From Thermoanaerobaculia bacterium (lineage in GTDB: Bacteria; Acidobacteriota; Thermoanaerobaculia; UBA5066; DATFVB01), in NCBI GenBank assembly GCA_035717485.1, contig DASTIQ010000283.1:2846-66845 (forward strand): a stretch of DNA of 64,000 nt, read 5' to 3'. The notes under the pieces are model-generated. The model had not been told where the DNA came from. It saw nothing but the letters and a program-made list of their open reading frames with translations, and made no database searches. Shown piece by piece: positions 1 to 9,458 of the stretch. Made by a program: the position numbers and the translations under genes. Every line of letters starts with the position of its first letter. Position 1 is the stretch's first letter.

Positions 1-1
1 C

Positions 2-133
2 TTCAAGGTCTACCCGGGCGCGGGACACGGATTCGCGTCCAACCCCGATCCGAAGGTCTACCGGCCGGAGGCGGCCCGCGACGCCGACGCGCGGACGGAC
101 GCGTTCCTCGCGAAGGAGTTGAAGAAGGGCTAG
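2..133 (+). CDS. 3' end of a dienelactone-hydrolase-family (alpha/beta hydrolase) protein; partial, runs off the left edge
   Basis: Frame 2 reads ...FKVYPGAGHGFASNPDPKVYRPEAARDADARTDAFLAKELKKG then TAG. YPGAGHGF is the typical C-terminal His region of dienelactone hydrolases. No start in the window, so it is absent from the ORF track. Confidence 0.5.
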   Translation, partial: FKVYPGAGHGFASNPDPKVYRPEAARDADARTDAFLAKELKKG

Positions 134-300
134 CGTCCGAGGTCCCCGGCCACGCGCGGAAGGGGCGGAAGGGAGGGCGGCCTTTGCCCGCTCGCCCGCG
201 ATGGAGCGTGACGCGCCGGGGAGCGCGGGCTCGCCGTCCGGGAGATCCTTCGCTTCGCTCGGGATAAGCCCTGGCACTCACGGTCGTGAGTGCTCCGGGC

Positions 301-567
301 TCACTTGTTCTTGTACCAGTCGGCGTTGATCTGCTGGAAGTGCTTCCACTTCTCGGGGATCGTCTCTTCGGTGAAGATCGCCGTGACCGGGCACGCGGGT
401 TCGCAGTTGCCGCACTGGATGCACGTATCGGGGTCGATGTAGAGCATCTCGGCGGCTTCGAAGCCGCTTTCGTCCTTGCGCGGATGAATGCAGTCGACCG
501 GGCACACGTCGACGCAGGCGGTGTCCTTCGTCCCGATGCACGGCTCGGCGATGATGTACATTCCCAT
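301..567 (-). CDS. fdxA: 7Fe ferredoxin (FdxA-type, [3Fe-4S][4Fe-4S])
   Basis: 88 aa, MGMYIIAEPCIGTKDTACVDVCPVDCI...CIQCGNCEPACPVTAIF, the classic Azotobacter-type 7Fe ferredoxin cysteine pattern. GGAGGA ribosome-binding site about 8 nt upstream. It is the C-terminal part of track ORF 301..1083; the start was chosen at the first Met with a ribosome-binding site. Confidence 0.85.
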   Translation of the reverse strand: MGMYIIAEPCIGTKDTACVDVCPVDCIHPRKDESGFEAAEMLYIDPDTCIQCGNCEPACPVTAIFTEETIPEKWKHFQQINADWYKNK

Positions 568-626
568 CGAAAGTTTTCCTCCGGCGGGCGATTCTAGCAG
601 ATCGGATTCCTGAGCGACCGCGGCGA

Positions 627-1079
627 TCAGCGGGCCGCGCGTCCGATCGCCTTGCGCGAGATCCAGAGCGGCCCGATGAGAAGGTGGCGGAGGTTGCGCG
701 CGAAGGCCGGCCGGTTCTTCTCGAAAACGGCGTGGCCGACGAGCTGGAAAGCCCAGCCAGTCGCGAAAAGGGCGGCCGCGAGGAGCAGCGCCGGGCGCAC
801 GCCCGCCTCCGCGACCAGGAACCGGCCCGCGACGTCGCACGCGGCGGAGAACAGAAGGAAGACGGCGGCCGGGAGCGGGTCGACGGCGAACCCGGCGACC
901 GAGACGGCGGCGATCACGGGCTCCGCCGCGGTCATGCGGGAACCGAGAGGAACGGCCGTCAGAGCGAGGACGATCGAGAAGACGATCGAGGGAATCCCCA
1001 CCGAGTGGCAGAGGCGGTTTCCCGGGGTTCGGTGCGCCGACGCGTAGTCGTCGAAGAGCCGGGCGGCCCGGGAGGTCAC
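627..1079 (-). CDS. DUF962 (Mpo1-like) family membrane protein
   Basis: 150 aa. DYASAHRTPGNRLCHxVGIP... and VGHAVFEKNRPAF motifs with multiple TM helices. The start may be internal. Confidence 0.55.
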   Translation of the reverse strand: MTSRAARLFDDYASAHRTPGNRLCHSVGIPSIVFSIVLALTAVPLGSRMTAAEPVIAAVSVAGFAVDPLPAAVFLLFSAACDVAGRFLVAEAGVRPALLLAAALFATGWAFQLVGHAVFEKNRPAFARNLRHLLIGPLWISRKAIGRAAR

Positions 1080-1170
1080 CCAAAGATTCTACGCCACGGC
1101 CATCCGGTACGGCCCCGCGCAGCGACGGGGCGGTCGGGCCGCGTCCGAGAGCGCGGACGGTCGGCGCGGC

Positions 1171-1452
1171 TTACTTGAGAACGCCGACGGTCTGCGCGAC
1201 GTTCGGGCCGCCGGCCCGGGGCGTGAACCGCACGGTCACGCGGGCGCCCTGGGCGACGACGCCGTTGAACTTCGTCTCCTTCGTCCAGACCAGCGAAACC
1301 GTCTCTCCGGCCTCCGTCTTCACCGTGAAGGCATGGCTGGCGGCCGAATAGCTCTCGACGACCCCGGTGACGGAAACGGTCTTCTCCGCGGCGGAAGCGA
1401 CCGCGGCCGCGACGGCGATCGACATGACGAAAGCGACGGTGTTCTTCTTCAC
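1171..1452 (-). CDS. small secreted hypothetical protein (signal peptide plus ~70-aa beta-rich domain)
   Basis: GTG start preceded by GGGGAGAA. Signal peptide MKKNTVAFVMSIAVAAAVASA. Paralogous in pattern to CDS 48478..48765. Confidence 0.5.
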   Translation of the reverse strand: MKKNTVAFVMSIAVAAAVASAAEKTVSVTGVVESYSAASHAFTVKTEAGETVSLVWTKETKFNGVVAQGARVTVRFTPRAGGPNVAQTVGVLK

Positions 1453-1584
1453 GACATTTCTCCCCACGCCGTAACGCGCGACGCCCGGCCGAAATTCCGA
1501 TCGCGCGGCCGGGGCGCGACGCTTGACACGATCCCGGCGCGCTCTTACCATTCGTCGTTTTTATACCTTGCCGGGGGAGGCAGC

Positions 1585-2259
1585 ATGACGAAGCGCTGGT
1601 CTGAAACGGATCTCCGGTTCCTCCGCGACAACGCCGACAAGATGGACGTCCAGTCTCTCGCCGACCGGCTCGAGGCGCGGGTCGAGGAAGTGGAGGCGAA
1701 GATCGAGAAGCTCGGTCTCCGCCCGGCCGAAAACGCGTCCAACGGAAAGACGCCCGCGTCGTTTCGCGAGATGTTCAAACACTCGGAGGCGGCCCGCAAG
1801 GAATACGAGAAGGGCGCGGCGGCTCTCCAGAAGAAGAAGTACGAGGAAGCGGAAAAGCACTTCCGCGCGCTCCTCGACGGGTTCGGCGACGAGCGCGAGC
1901 TCGCCGACCGCGCGCGGCTCTACCTCGCGGTCTGCCAGCGGCGCACGAAGACCGCCGCGCGCCCGGCCGGCGACGCGGAGGACGTCTACTACGCGGCGCT
2001 CGTCGAGAAGAACCGGAAGAACTTCCAGGGGGCGATCGAGCAGCTGAAGAAGTCTTCGCGCAAGAACGGCGACGGCAAGGTGCCGTACCTCCTCGCGTGC
2101 TGCTACGCGCAGTTGAACGAGGCCGAGAGCGCCCTCGAGGCCCTCGAGCAGGCGATCACGGAAGACGAGGGGAGCCGCGCCCTCGCCCGGCGGGATCCCG
2201 ATTTCGAGCCGCTGCGGGGCAGCGCTCATTTCCAGAAGCTGACCGCGGCGACGGCGTAG
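1585..2259 (+). CDS. TPR-repeat protein
   Basis: ATG at 1585 preceded by GGGGGAGG. Helical TPR-like repeats (LYLAVCQRR..., YYAALVEKN..., LLACCYAQLNEAESALEALEQAI). Lies immediately upstream of glmU. Confidence 0.6.
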   Translation: MTKRWSETDLRFLRDNADKMDVQSLADRLEARVEEVEAKIEKLGLRPAENASNGKTPASFREMFKHSEAARKEYEKGAAALQKKKYEEAEKHFRALLDGFGDERELADRARLYLAVCQRRTKTAARPAGDAEDVYYAALVEKNRKNFQGAIEQLKKSSRKNGDGKVPYLLACCYAQLNEAESALEALEQAITEDEGSRALARRDPDFEPLRGSAHFQKLTAATA

Positions 2260-2313
2260 CCGCAAGAAGAGCTCCTGAAGAAACCCCCGGCTCCGCCCGT
2301 CCCTGCCCCGTCG

Positions 2314-3633
2314 GTGATCGTCATGGCCGCCGGCGCGGGAACCCGGATGAACTCCGACCTCCCGAAGGTGCTCCACCGAGTCGCCGGACGCCCGATGCTC
2401 GAGGCGGTCCTCGACGAAGCGGAGAAGCTGGATCCCCGGGGGATCGTCGTCGTCGCCGGGCACGGCCGCGAGCGGGTCGCGGCGGTCGTCGCCGGCCGGC
2501 CGCGCGTGCGCATCGCGATCCAGGATCCGCCCCGGGGAACCGGCGACGCCGTCGCGCGCGCGCTCCCCCTCCTCGAGGAATCCCGCGGCCCCGTTCTCGT
2601 GCTCTCCGGCGACACTCCCCTCATCACCGCGGATTCGCTGCGCCTCCTGCTCGATCATTTCCGAAAGACGCGCGCGGCCGCGGCGCTCTTTTCCGCCCGT
2701 CCCGACGAACCGGGCTCGCTCGGCCGGATCGTGCGGCGCGGCGGCCGGTTCGCCGCGATCGTCGAAGTGCGCGACGCGACGGCCGCGCAGAAGAAGATCC
2801 GCGAGATCAACGCCGGGATCTACTGTTTCGACCGCGCGGCCCTGGCCCGCGGACTGCGCGACATCCGCGACGACAACGCGGCGGGGGAGTACTACCTGAC
2901 GGACGCGGTCACCGCGCTGGTTCGCGCGAAGGCGGCCGTCGAAGCGATCGAGATCCCGGATCCCCGCGAGGCGATGGGCGTCAACTCGCGCCGGGAGCTC
3001 GCGTTCGCCGACGCGGTGGAGCGCCGCCGCGGCGCCGAGCGGCTGATCGACCAGGGAGCGACGCTGCTCGATCCGGAGTCGACCCTGGTCGGGCCTTACG
3101 TTTCCGCCGCCCGCGACGTCGTGATCCATCCGTTCGTGGTGCTCGAAGGGCGGACGCGTCTCGCCGAAGGGTGCGAGATCAAGTCGTTCTGCGACGTGAA
3201 CGATTCGGTCGTCGGCCCGCGCACGACGGTCGGCCCCTTCGCGCGGCTGCGGCCCGGCACCGTCCTCGAGGAGGACGTCCGGGTCGGGAACTTCGTCGAG
3301 ACGAAGAAGGCGCACCTGAAGAAGGGGGCGAAGGCGTCCCATCTTTCGTATCTCGGGGACACCGAGGTCGGGGAGGACGCGAACATCGGCGCGGGCACGA
3401 TCACCTGCAATTACGACGGCGAGAAGAAGCATTTCACCCGCATCGGCCGCGGGGCCTTCATCGGAAGCGACACGCAGCTCGTCGCGCCGGTCGAGATCGG
3501 CGACGGCGCCTACGTGGGCGCCGGATCGACGATCACCAAGAGCGTGCCGCCGGGGGCGCTCGCGATCTCCCGGGAAGCGCAGCGGAACATCGAGGGATGG
3601 GCGGCGGCGCGCCGGAAGAAGAACGGAAAATAA
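2314..3633 (+). CDS. glmU: bifunctional UDP-N-acetylglucosamine pyrophosphorylase / glucosamine-1-phosphate N-acetyltransferase
   Basis: 439 aa with GTG start. N-terminal MAAGAGTRM nucleotidyltransferase motif and C-terminal left-handed hexapeptide repeats. Directly upstream of glmS. Confidence 0.9.
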   Translation: MIVMAAGAGTRMNSDLPKVLHRVAGRPMLEAVLDEAEKLDPRGIVVVAGHGRERVAAVVAGRPRVRIAIQDPPRGTGDAVARALPLLEESRGPVLVLSGDTPLITADSLRLLLDHFRKTRAAAALFSARPDEPGSLGRIVRRGGRFAAIVEVRDATAAQKKIREINAGIYCFDRAALARGLRDIRDDNAAGEYYLTDAVTALVRAKAAVEAIEIPDPREAMGVNSRRELAFADAVERRRGAERLIDQGATLLDPESTLVGPYVSAARDVVIHPFVVLEGRTRLAEGCEIKSFCDVNDSVVGPRTTVGPFARLRPGTVLEEDVRVGNFVETKKAHLKKGAKASHLSYLGDTEVGEDANIGAGTITCNYDGEKKHFTRIGRGAFIGSDTQLVAPVEIGDGAYVGAGSTITKSVPPGALAISREAQRNIEGWAAARRKKNGK

Positions 3634-3833
3634 CCGGCGGCGCGTCGTTTCCGCCGCGGCTCCGCGCTCTTTTCGCCGCGGTCGCCTTTCGTTCGCCGGG
3701 CTTTTCGGGAACAATGGAGACGGCATTCTTTTTGCGACGGGAGAGCGCGAAAGATGCCGGAATCGACCGGGACCATACCGATGCAGGACATGATTCGCCG
3801 CCGCGGCGGCGGGTAACGGAGCGACTAAAGACC

Positions 3834-5660
3834 ATGTGCGGGATCGTCGGTTATGTCGGCGGGCGGGAAGCCGCGCCCGTCCTGCTCGACGGGCTTCGGC
3901 GGCTCGAGTACCGGGGCTACGATTCCGCCGGCATCGCGGTCCTCGAGCAGGGGAAGTTTTTCATCGCCCGCGCCGAAGGGAAGCTCGGCGCTCTCGTCGA
4001 CAAGCTGAACGGGAACATGCCTCCCGGCACGACCGGGATCGGCCATACGCGGTGGGCCACCCACGGAAAGCCGGTCGAGCGCAACGCCCATCCGCACCTC
4101 TCCGGGAACCGCCGGATCGCGGTGATCCACAACGGGATCATCGAGAACTTCGCCTCGCGCAAGGCTCTCCTGAAATCCGAGGGACAGGTGTTCCTCTCCG
4201 ACACGGACACGGAGGTCTTCGCCCACGAGGTGGAGCGCTGCTATCGGGGAGACCTGTTCGCCGCCGTTCGGGAGGCGAGACAGACCCTCGTCGGGGCCTA
4301 CGCGGTCGTCGTTTCGTCGGTCGACGAGCCCGGCGTCCTGGTCGCGGCGCGATCCGGCCCTCCGATCGTCCTCGGGGTGGGAGAGGGGGAGAATTTCGTC
4401 GCCTCCGACGCGACGGCGGTCCTGCCCTGGACGCGGCGCGTGATCTTCCTCGAAGACGGCGACGTCGCCCGCGTCGACGCGGCGTCGATCCGGATCACGG
4501 ACGCGGACGGAAACGAAGCGGAGCGGCCCGTCCGGCAGCTCGCCTGGGACGCGGTTTCCGCCGAGAAGTCCGGGTATCTCCACTTCATGGCGAAGGAGAT
4601 CCACGAGCAGCCCGTCGCGGTCGCGGAGAGCATGGGAGGGAAGGTCTCGCTCGAGACGGGCGCGCTCGAGTTCGACGACCCGCTTCTCTCCCCCGCGCGC
4701 GCGTCGCGGATCGATCGCGTCCTGCTCCTCGCCTGCGGTACCTCGTGGCACGCGAGCCTCGTCGGAAAGTTCCTGATCGAGCGCATGGCGCGCATTCCGG
4801 TCGAGGTCGACTACGGGAGCGAGTTCCGGTACCGGGCGCCCGTCGTCTCCGAGGCGACGCTCGCGATCGGCGTCTCCCAGTCGGGCGAGACGGCGGACAC
4901 GGTCGCGGCGCTCCAGGAAGCGCGGCGGCAGGGTGCCTCGCTCGGCGCGATCGTGAACGTTCCCGGCTCCCAGATCGCCCGGATGGCCGAGGCGGTGTGG
5001 CCGACGCACGCCGGACCCGAGATCGGCGTCGCGTCGACGAAGGCGTTCACGACGCAGCTGCTCGTGTTCTTCCTGATCGCCGCGCGCCTCCGCGAGGTCC
5101 GGGGAATCCGCGCCGGGCTGACCGCGGAGGAGACGGAGGCCCTCGCCCAGCTTCCCGGACTGATGGAAAAGACGATCCGCAAGGAGCCGCAGCTCGAAAC
5201 GCTCGCGAGGAAGCTGTCGCATTTCCGCGATTTCCTCTATCTCGGCCGGGGTACCCACTACCCGATCGCGCTCGAAGGGGCGCTGAAGCTGAAGGAGATC
5301 TCCTACATTCATGCGGAGGGCTACCCGGCGGGCGAGATGAAGCACGGCCCGATCGCGCTGATCTCGGAGGAGATGCCGGTCGTCGTGCTCGCTCCGCGCG
5401 ACGGGTGGCGCGAAAAGACGCTCTCGAACCTTCGCGAGGTGAAGTCCCGCGACGCGCGCGCGATCGTGGTCACGACGCACGTGGACGGAGAGATCGAGGA
5501 GCTCGCCGACGACGTCATCGAGATCCCCGAGACGATTCCGGAGCTCCAGCCGATCATTTCCGTCATTCCGCTCCAGCTCTTCGCGTATCACGTCGCCGTG
5601 ATCCTCGGCTGCGACGTCGACCAGCCGCGGAACCTCGCAAAAAGCGTGACTGTGGAATAG
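3834..5660 (+). CDS. glmS: glutamine--fructose-6-phosphate aminotransferase (isomerizing)
   Basis: 608 aa starting MCGIVGY (N-terminal nucleophile Cys), with Gn-AT class II and two SIS domains. The ATG at 3834 is in frame within long track ORF 2097..5660; the upstream Arg-rich part is shadow. Confidence 0.92.
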   Translation: MCGIVGYVGGREAAPVLLDGLRRLEYRGYDSAGIAVLEQGKFFIARAEGKLGALVDKLNGNMPPGTTGIGHTRWATHGKPVERNAHPHLSGNRRIAVIHNGIIENFASRKALLKSEGQVFLSDTDTEVFAHEVERCYRGDLFAAVREARQTLVGAYAVVVSSVDEPGVLVAARSGPPIVLGVGEGENFVASDATAVLPWTRRVIFLEDGDVARVDAASIRITDADGNEAERPVRQLAWDAVSAEKSGYLHFMAKEIHEQPVAVAESMGGKVSLETGALEFDDPLLSPARASRIDRVLLLACGTSWHASLVGKFLIERMARIPVEVDYGSEFRYRAPVVSEATLAIGVSQSGETADTVAALQEARRQGASLGAIVNVPGSQIARMAEAVWPTHAGPEIGVASTKAFTTQLLVFFLIAARLREVRGIRAGLTAEETEALAQLPGLMEKTIRKEPQLETLARKLSHFRDFLYLGRGTHYPIALEGALKLKEISYIHAEGYPAGEMKHGPIALISEEMPVVVLAPRDGWREKTLSNLREVKSRDARAIVVTTHVDGEIEELADDVIEIPETIPELQPIISVIPLQLFAYHVAVILGCDVDQPRNLAKSVTVE

Positions 5661-5802
5661 AGCGGTCGACGCTCTGCCGGAGCTTGCAGCGGAGCTGGGC
5701 TCCTGCCTCACGGGCGAGTCGAGGCGAACGCTCTCGCGCCGCCTGCCTCGCCCGCGACGGCGCGGTCTGCGGTTCTTGGGAATCCGGCCGCTCTCGTGAA
5801 TA

Positions 5803-8028
5803 ATGCCCCCCTTCATGGACGCTGACCCTCTCCTCCAGGACCTCAACCCGGAGCAGCGCGAAGCGGTGCTCGCGGGGGAGGGCCCGATGCTCGTCCTCGC
5901 CGGCGCGGGCTCGGGGAAGACGCGCGTCGTGACGCGCCGTCTCGCCCGGCTCGTGCGCGAGGGCGCGGACGCGCGCCGGATCGTCGCCGTGACCTTCACG
6001 AACAAGGCCGCCGAAGAGATGCGCGAGCGGGTCGCGGCCCTCGTCGGCCGCCGGCTGCCGTCGTTCGTCGGAACGTTCCATTCCTGGGGCCTGCGGTTCC
6101 TGCGGCGGACCGGCGGCGCCGAGGGGCGGACCGCGAGCTTCTCCATCGCGGACACCGCGGACCAGGTCGCGCTCGTGCGGGAGTCGATGGAAGAGCTCGG
6201 CCTCTCCGAGCAGACGTTCACTCCCGGCGCGGTGCACGCGCGGATCTCGGACGCGAAATCGTCCGCCCGCTCCGCCGAGAGATTCGCGGCCGAAGAGGGC
6301 GATTTCGCGGGCACGCGCATCGCCGGGGTGTTCGCCCGGTACGAGAAGAAGCTCCGAGCCGCGAACGCGTTCGATTTCGACGATCTGATCGCCGTTCCGG
6401 TCCGGGCGCTGCGGGAATCGGACGCTCTCCGGGACCGGGAGCGCTCGGCGATCGAGCATCTTCTCGTCGACGAATACCAGGACACGAACGCCGCGCAGGA
6501 CGCGCTGATCAAGCTCCTCGGCGAGAAGGCCCGCTCGCTCTGCGCCGTCGGAGACGAGGACCAGTCGATCTATGCGTGGCGGGGTGCGCGCGTCGAGCAC
6601 ATCCTGCGCTTCGAGCAGGATTTCCCCGGCGCGCGGATCGTCGCCCTCACCCGGAACTACCGCTCGACGGCGACGATCCTGGACGCGGCCGCCGCCGTCG
6701 TCTCGCACAACCGCCGGCGCCGCCCGAAGAAGCTCGTCTCGGAGGCGGGGCCGGGCCAGCCCGTCGAGGTGCGAGCCTTCCGCGACGATCGCGTGGAGGC
6801 GGAGGCGGTCGTCTCCGAGATCCGGCGCGCCGAAAGGCCGCTCTCCGAGTTCGCCGTCCTCTTCCGCGTCAACGCGCAGTCCCGCTCGTTCGAGGACGAG
6901 CTGATGAGGCAGAACGTGCCCTACGTCGTCATCGGCGGGATGAAGTTCTACGAGCGGGCGGAGGTCAAGGACGCGGTCGCCTACTACCGGCTCGCTCTCG
7001 ACCCCGCGGACGACCTGGCGTTTCGCCGGGTCGTCAACGTGCCGGCGCGGGGAATCGGCGGCGTCACCGTCGAGCGGCTCGCCGCATCGGCGCGCGAGCG
7101 CGGCATCTCGCTCTTCGAGGCGTCCGCCGACGTGCCCGGCGTCACGGAGCGCGCGCGGATCGCCCTCGACCGGTTTCGCGGGGTCGTGGAAGCCGGTCGG
7201 GCGAGGGCGGGGGAGCTCTCTCCGTCGGCGCTCCTCGAGTTCCTCCTGGAGACCTCCGGGTACCGGGCGCTCTACGCGGCCTCTTCCGAACGGGAGGACG
7301 TCGCCCGGCGCGAGAACCTGGTCGAGCTGGTTTCGGCGGCCCGGGAGTACGAGCGCCGGGAAGGGGAGGGCGCGACGGTGCGCGGATTTCTCGACGCCGT
7401 GTCCCTCGCGACGGACGCGGACGCCCCGAGGCCCTCGGGCGCCGTCACCCTCATGACGCTGCACTCGGCCAAGGGCCTGGAGTTCTCGGACGTCTACGTC
7501 GCCGGCCTCGAGGAGGGCTTCCTGCCGCACGTGCAGAGCGCGGGCTCCGAGGACGAGATCGAGGAGGAGCGCCGGCTGCTCTACGTCGGGATGACCCGGG
7601 CACGCCGGCGCCTGACGCTCACGCTCGCCCGACAGAGGATGCTGTACGGCGAGACGCGGCCGCGGCAGGAATCCCGCTTCGCCGCGGAGCTTCCGCCGTC
7701 GGTCACCCGGATCGAGGACGCGGCAGGGGTGCCGACGCTCTTCTCGCGAGACGAGGACGACGATCGCGATTTCCGCTGGGAGAAGACCGAGCGCGTCCGT
7801 CTCCCGCTTCGCCGGCCGCCCCCGGTCACCGTCGCGCGACGCCGGGCGCCCGTCCCGGGCGCGCTTTCCGGCTTCTCGCGCGGGGCCCGGGTCCGGCACC
7901 CGACGTACGGGTCCGGCGTCGTCCTCCAGCAGGAAGGGTCGGGAGACGAGGCGAGGCTGACCGTCTTCTTCGACCGCGCCGGGAAGAAGAAGTTCGTCGC
8001 GAAGTTCGCCAACCTGACGCCGGCGTAG
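5803..8028 (+). CDS. UvrD/PcrA/Rep-family ATP-dependent DNA helicase
   Basis: 741 aa. Walker A GAGSGKTRV. Motifs TFTNKAA, LVDEYQDTN, GDEDQSIYAWRGA, LTRNYRS, LHSAKGLEF, YVGMTRAR. C-terminal Tudor-like tail. Confidence 0.9.
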   Translation: MPPFMDADPLLQDLNPEQREAVLAGEGPMLVLAGAGSGKTRVVTRRLARLVREGADARRIVAVTFTNKAAEEMRERVAALVGRRLPSFVGTFHSWGLRFLRRTGGAEGRTASFSIADTADQVALVRESMEELGLSEQTFTPGAVHARISDAKSSARSAERFAAEEGDFAGTRIAGVFARYEKKLRAANAFDFDDLIAVPVRALRESDALRDRERSAIEHLLVDEYQDTNAAQDALIKLLGEKARSLCAVGDEDQSIYAWRGARVEHILRFEQDFPGARIVALTRNYRSTATILDAAAAVVSHNRRRRPKKLVSEAGPGQPVEVRAFRDDRVEAEAVVSEIRRAERPLSEFAVLFRVNAQSRSFEDELMRQNVPYVVIGGMKFYERAEVKDAVAYYRLALDPADDLAFRRVVNVPARGIGGVTVERLAASARERGISLFEASADVPGVTERARIALDRFRGVVEAGRARAGELSPSALLEFLLETSGYRALYAASSEREDVARRENLVELVSAAREYERREGEGATVRGFLDAVSLATDADAPRPSGAVTLMTLHSAKGLEFSDVYVAGLEEGFLPHVQSAGSEDEIEEERRLLYVGMTRARRRLTLTLARQRMLYGETRPRQESRFAAELPPSVTRIEDAAGVPTLFSRDEDDDRDFRWEKTERVRLPLRRPPPVTVARRRAPVPGALSGFSRGARVRHPTYGSGVVLQQEGSGDEARLTVFFDRAGKKKFVAKFANLTPA

Positions 8029-8073
8029 GTCGCGCCGGCCGGCGGGCGATCCGCGCGAGCGGGGACGGACGGA

Positions 8074-8808
8074 CTAGAACTTCGCCACGAGAGCGATCGA
8101 GGTGATCGTGTCGGTCTTGCCGAACCCGGGCACCGGCTCGTTCAGGTACGCGAGGTTGTGCGAGGCTTTCAACGAGAAAACCTTGTTGATCGCCACACTC
8201 ACCGAGAACGTGTTCGCGATCCGCCAGTCGCTCGAATCCTTGAAGCTGTCGACGTACGAGAATTCTTCCGAGATGTCCGTCGTCGACGAAACCTTCCACT
8301 TGTAGAGGAAGCCCGCCTGTCCGGTCCCGAACGACTTGTCCTCGCCGACGACGCGCCTTTCTCTCGTGTAGCCGGCGCCGGCTTGCAATTTCAGCTCCTG
8401 CGCCGGGGTCTTGACGACCGAGTACGCCGCGCCTCCCAGCGTGGAGAGGCGCTGCTCGATGCCCGCGAACTCGTTCTTGAAATAGTCGTCCTGCACGAAG
8501 AGCTCGAATCGCGGGGTGAAGTTGCGGGCGGCGCGCAACTCGCCGGCAATCGTCTTGGCCGTCGTCACGCCATCCGTCTTCCCCTGGACGAACGCTCCCT
8601 TGGCGAGCCCGTTCCAGACGTCCTTCTTGAAATCGATCTCGAGTCCCGCGCCGACCGTCTGGACGTTCGTGTTTCCGGTCGTCCCCACGTACGACGCTTC
8701 GGCCTTCCCCGACCAGACCGGCGGGGGGCCGGCAGGCGGTTCCTCGGCGAAGGCGGCACCGGCGGCCAGGAGAACGACGATGGCGAGCACACCCGATCGG
8801 ATCTTCAT
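8074..8808 (-). CDS. DUF481-family outer-membrane beta-barrel protein
   Basis: 244 aa with signal peptide MKIRSGVLAIVVLLAAGAAFA, alternating amphipathic strands and a C-terminal Phe. GGAGGAAA ribosome-binding site. GC is lower than the neighbours. Confidence 0.7.
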   Translation of the reverse strand: MKIRSGVLAIVVLLAAGAAFAEEPPAGPPPVWSGKAEASYVGTTGNTNVQTVGAGLEIDFKKDVWNGLAKGAFVQGKTDGVTTAKTIAGELRAARNFTPRFELFVQDDYFKNEFAGIEQRLSTLGGAAYSVVKTPAQELKLQAGAGYTRERRVVGEDKSFGTGQAGFLYKWKVSSTTDISEEFSYVDSFKDSSDWRIANTFSVSVAINKVFSLKASHNLAYLNEPVPGFGKTDTITSIALVAKF

Positions 8809-8845
8809 GCGGTTTCCTCCCCGTCAGGTCCCCGAATTCACGAAT

Positions 8846-8860
8846 GATGCCGGCGGCATC
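8846..8860. terminator. hairpin downstream of the first mscL
   Basis: GATGCC-GGC-GGCATC, about 20 nt after the mscL stop. Confidence 0.3.
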
Positions 8861-8878
8861 GGGAATCCGCCGGAGAGA

Positions 8879-9286
8879 TCACGCGGGCTGCGGCTGGGCG
8901 CACGCCTTGCAGCGCCGCGCGTCCTTCGGAATCACTTCCCGGCACTCGGGGCATTCCTTCGTCGTCGGCTGACCCGGTTTCGGGAGGAACGCCTTCGTGA
9001 TCATGTACACGACGAAAGCGATGATGATGAAGTCGACCATTCGGCCGATCAGGTCGCCGTACGCGATCGCGTTCTCGGTGACCTTCCCCCCGGCGTCCGT
9101 GGCCCGCGAAAGGACGATCTTCGCGTTTCGCCAGTCGCCGGCCGGCAGCAGCAGTCCGATGATCGGATTGAGGACGTCGTCGGCGATGGCCGCGACCACC
9201 TTGCCGATTCCGGCGCCGATGATGACGCCGATGGCCAGGGCGATCGCGTTCTGCTTGAGGAGGAACTCCTTGAATTCCTTGATCAT
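8879..9286 (-). CDS. mscL: large-conductance mechanosensitive channel with a C-terminal CxxC-x10-CxxC zinc-ribbon tail
   Basis: 135 aa. MIKEFKEFLLKQNAIALAIGVIIGAGIGKVV...NPIIGLL is the canonical MscL TM1 and loop. The tail KECPECREVIPKDARRCKACAQ has four Cys. It is the last 135 aa of track ORF 8879..9673. Confidence 0.88.
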   Translation of the reverse strand: MIKEFKEFLLKQNAIALAIGVIIGAGIGKVVAAIADDVLNPIIGLLLPAGDWRNAKIVLSRATDAGGKVTENAIAYGDLIGRMVDFIIIAFVVYMITKAFLPKPGQPTTKECPECREVIPKDARRCKACAQPQPA

Positions 9287-9458
9287 CTCGATCCCCTTTC
9301 TCTTTTCGTGCACCCGAGGGCGAGCCAATTTGCGGGGATGGACCAGATCGAACGCTCTCGAGGCCACCGGGAACTTCCAGTGTCGCGGGCCGGTGGAAGT
9401 ATACGATTGACGTCCCGGCGGTCGCGACTGGCTGACCGCCTCCCGAAAGGAGTCCGGC

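Noticed and set aside
3634-3833. Possible glmS ribozyme upstream of glmS
   Set aside because: I could not identify the conserved ribozyme core by eye. The ribozyme is mainly found in Firmicutes-like lineages. Kept only as a leader-structure finding.
3825-6512. 895-aa ORF on the minus strand, plus similar long ORFs (1561..3726, 2097..3833, 3836..5803, 5563..7899, 12025..14325, 37062..38450, 38303..40141, 44185..47469, 47657..51781, 54521..56599, 57045..58961, 58149..60338 and others)
   Set aside because: These are shadow frames opposite or overlapping strongly supported genes in a 70% GC sequence. The products are Arg/Pro/Gly-rich, with no ribosome-binding sites and no domain signatures.
8031-8048. 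GC palindrome CGCGCCGGCCGGCGGGCG after the helicase stop
   Set aside because: Imperfect, loop-less palindrome without a U-tract; weak as a terminator.
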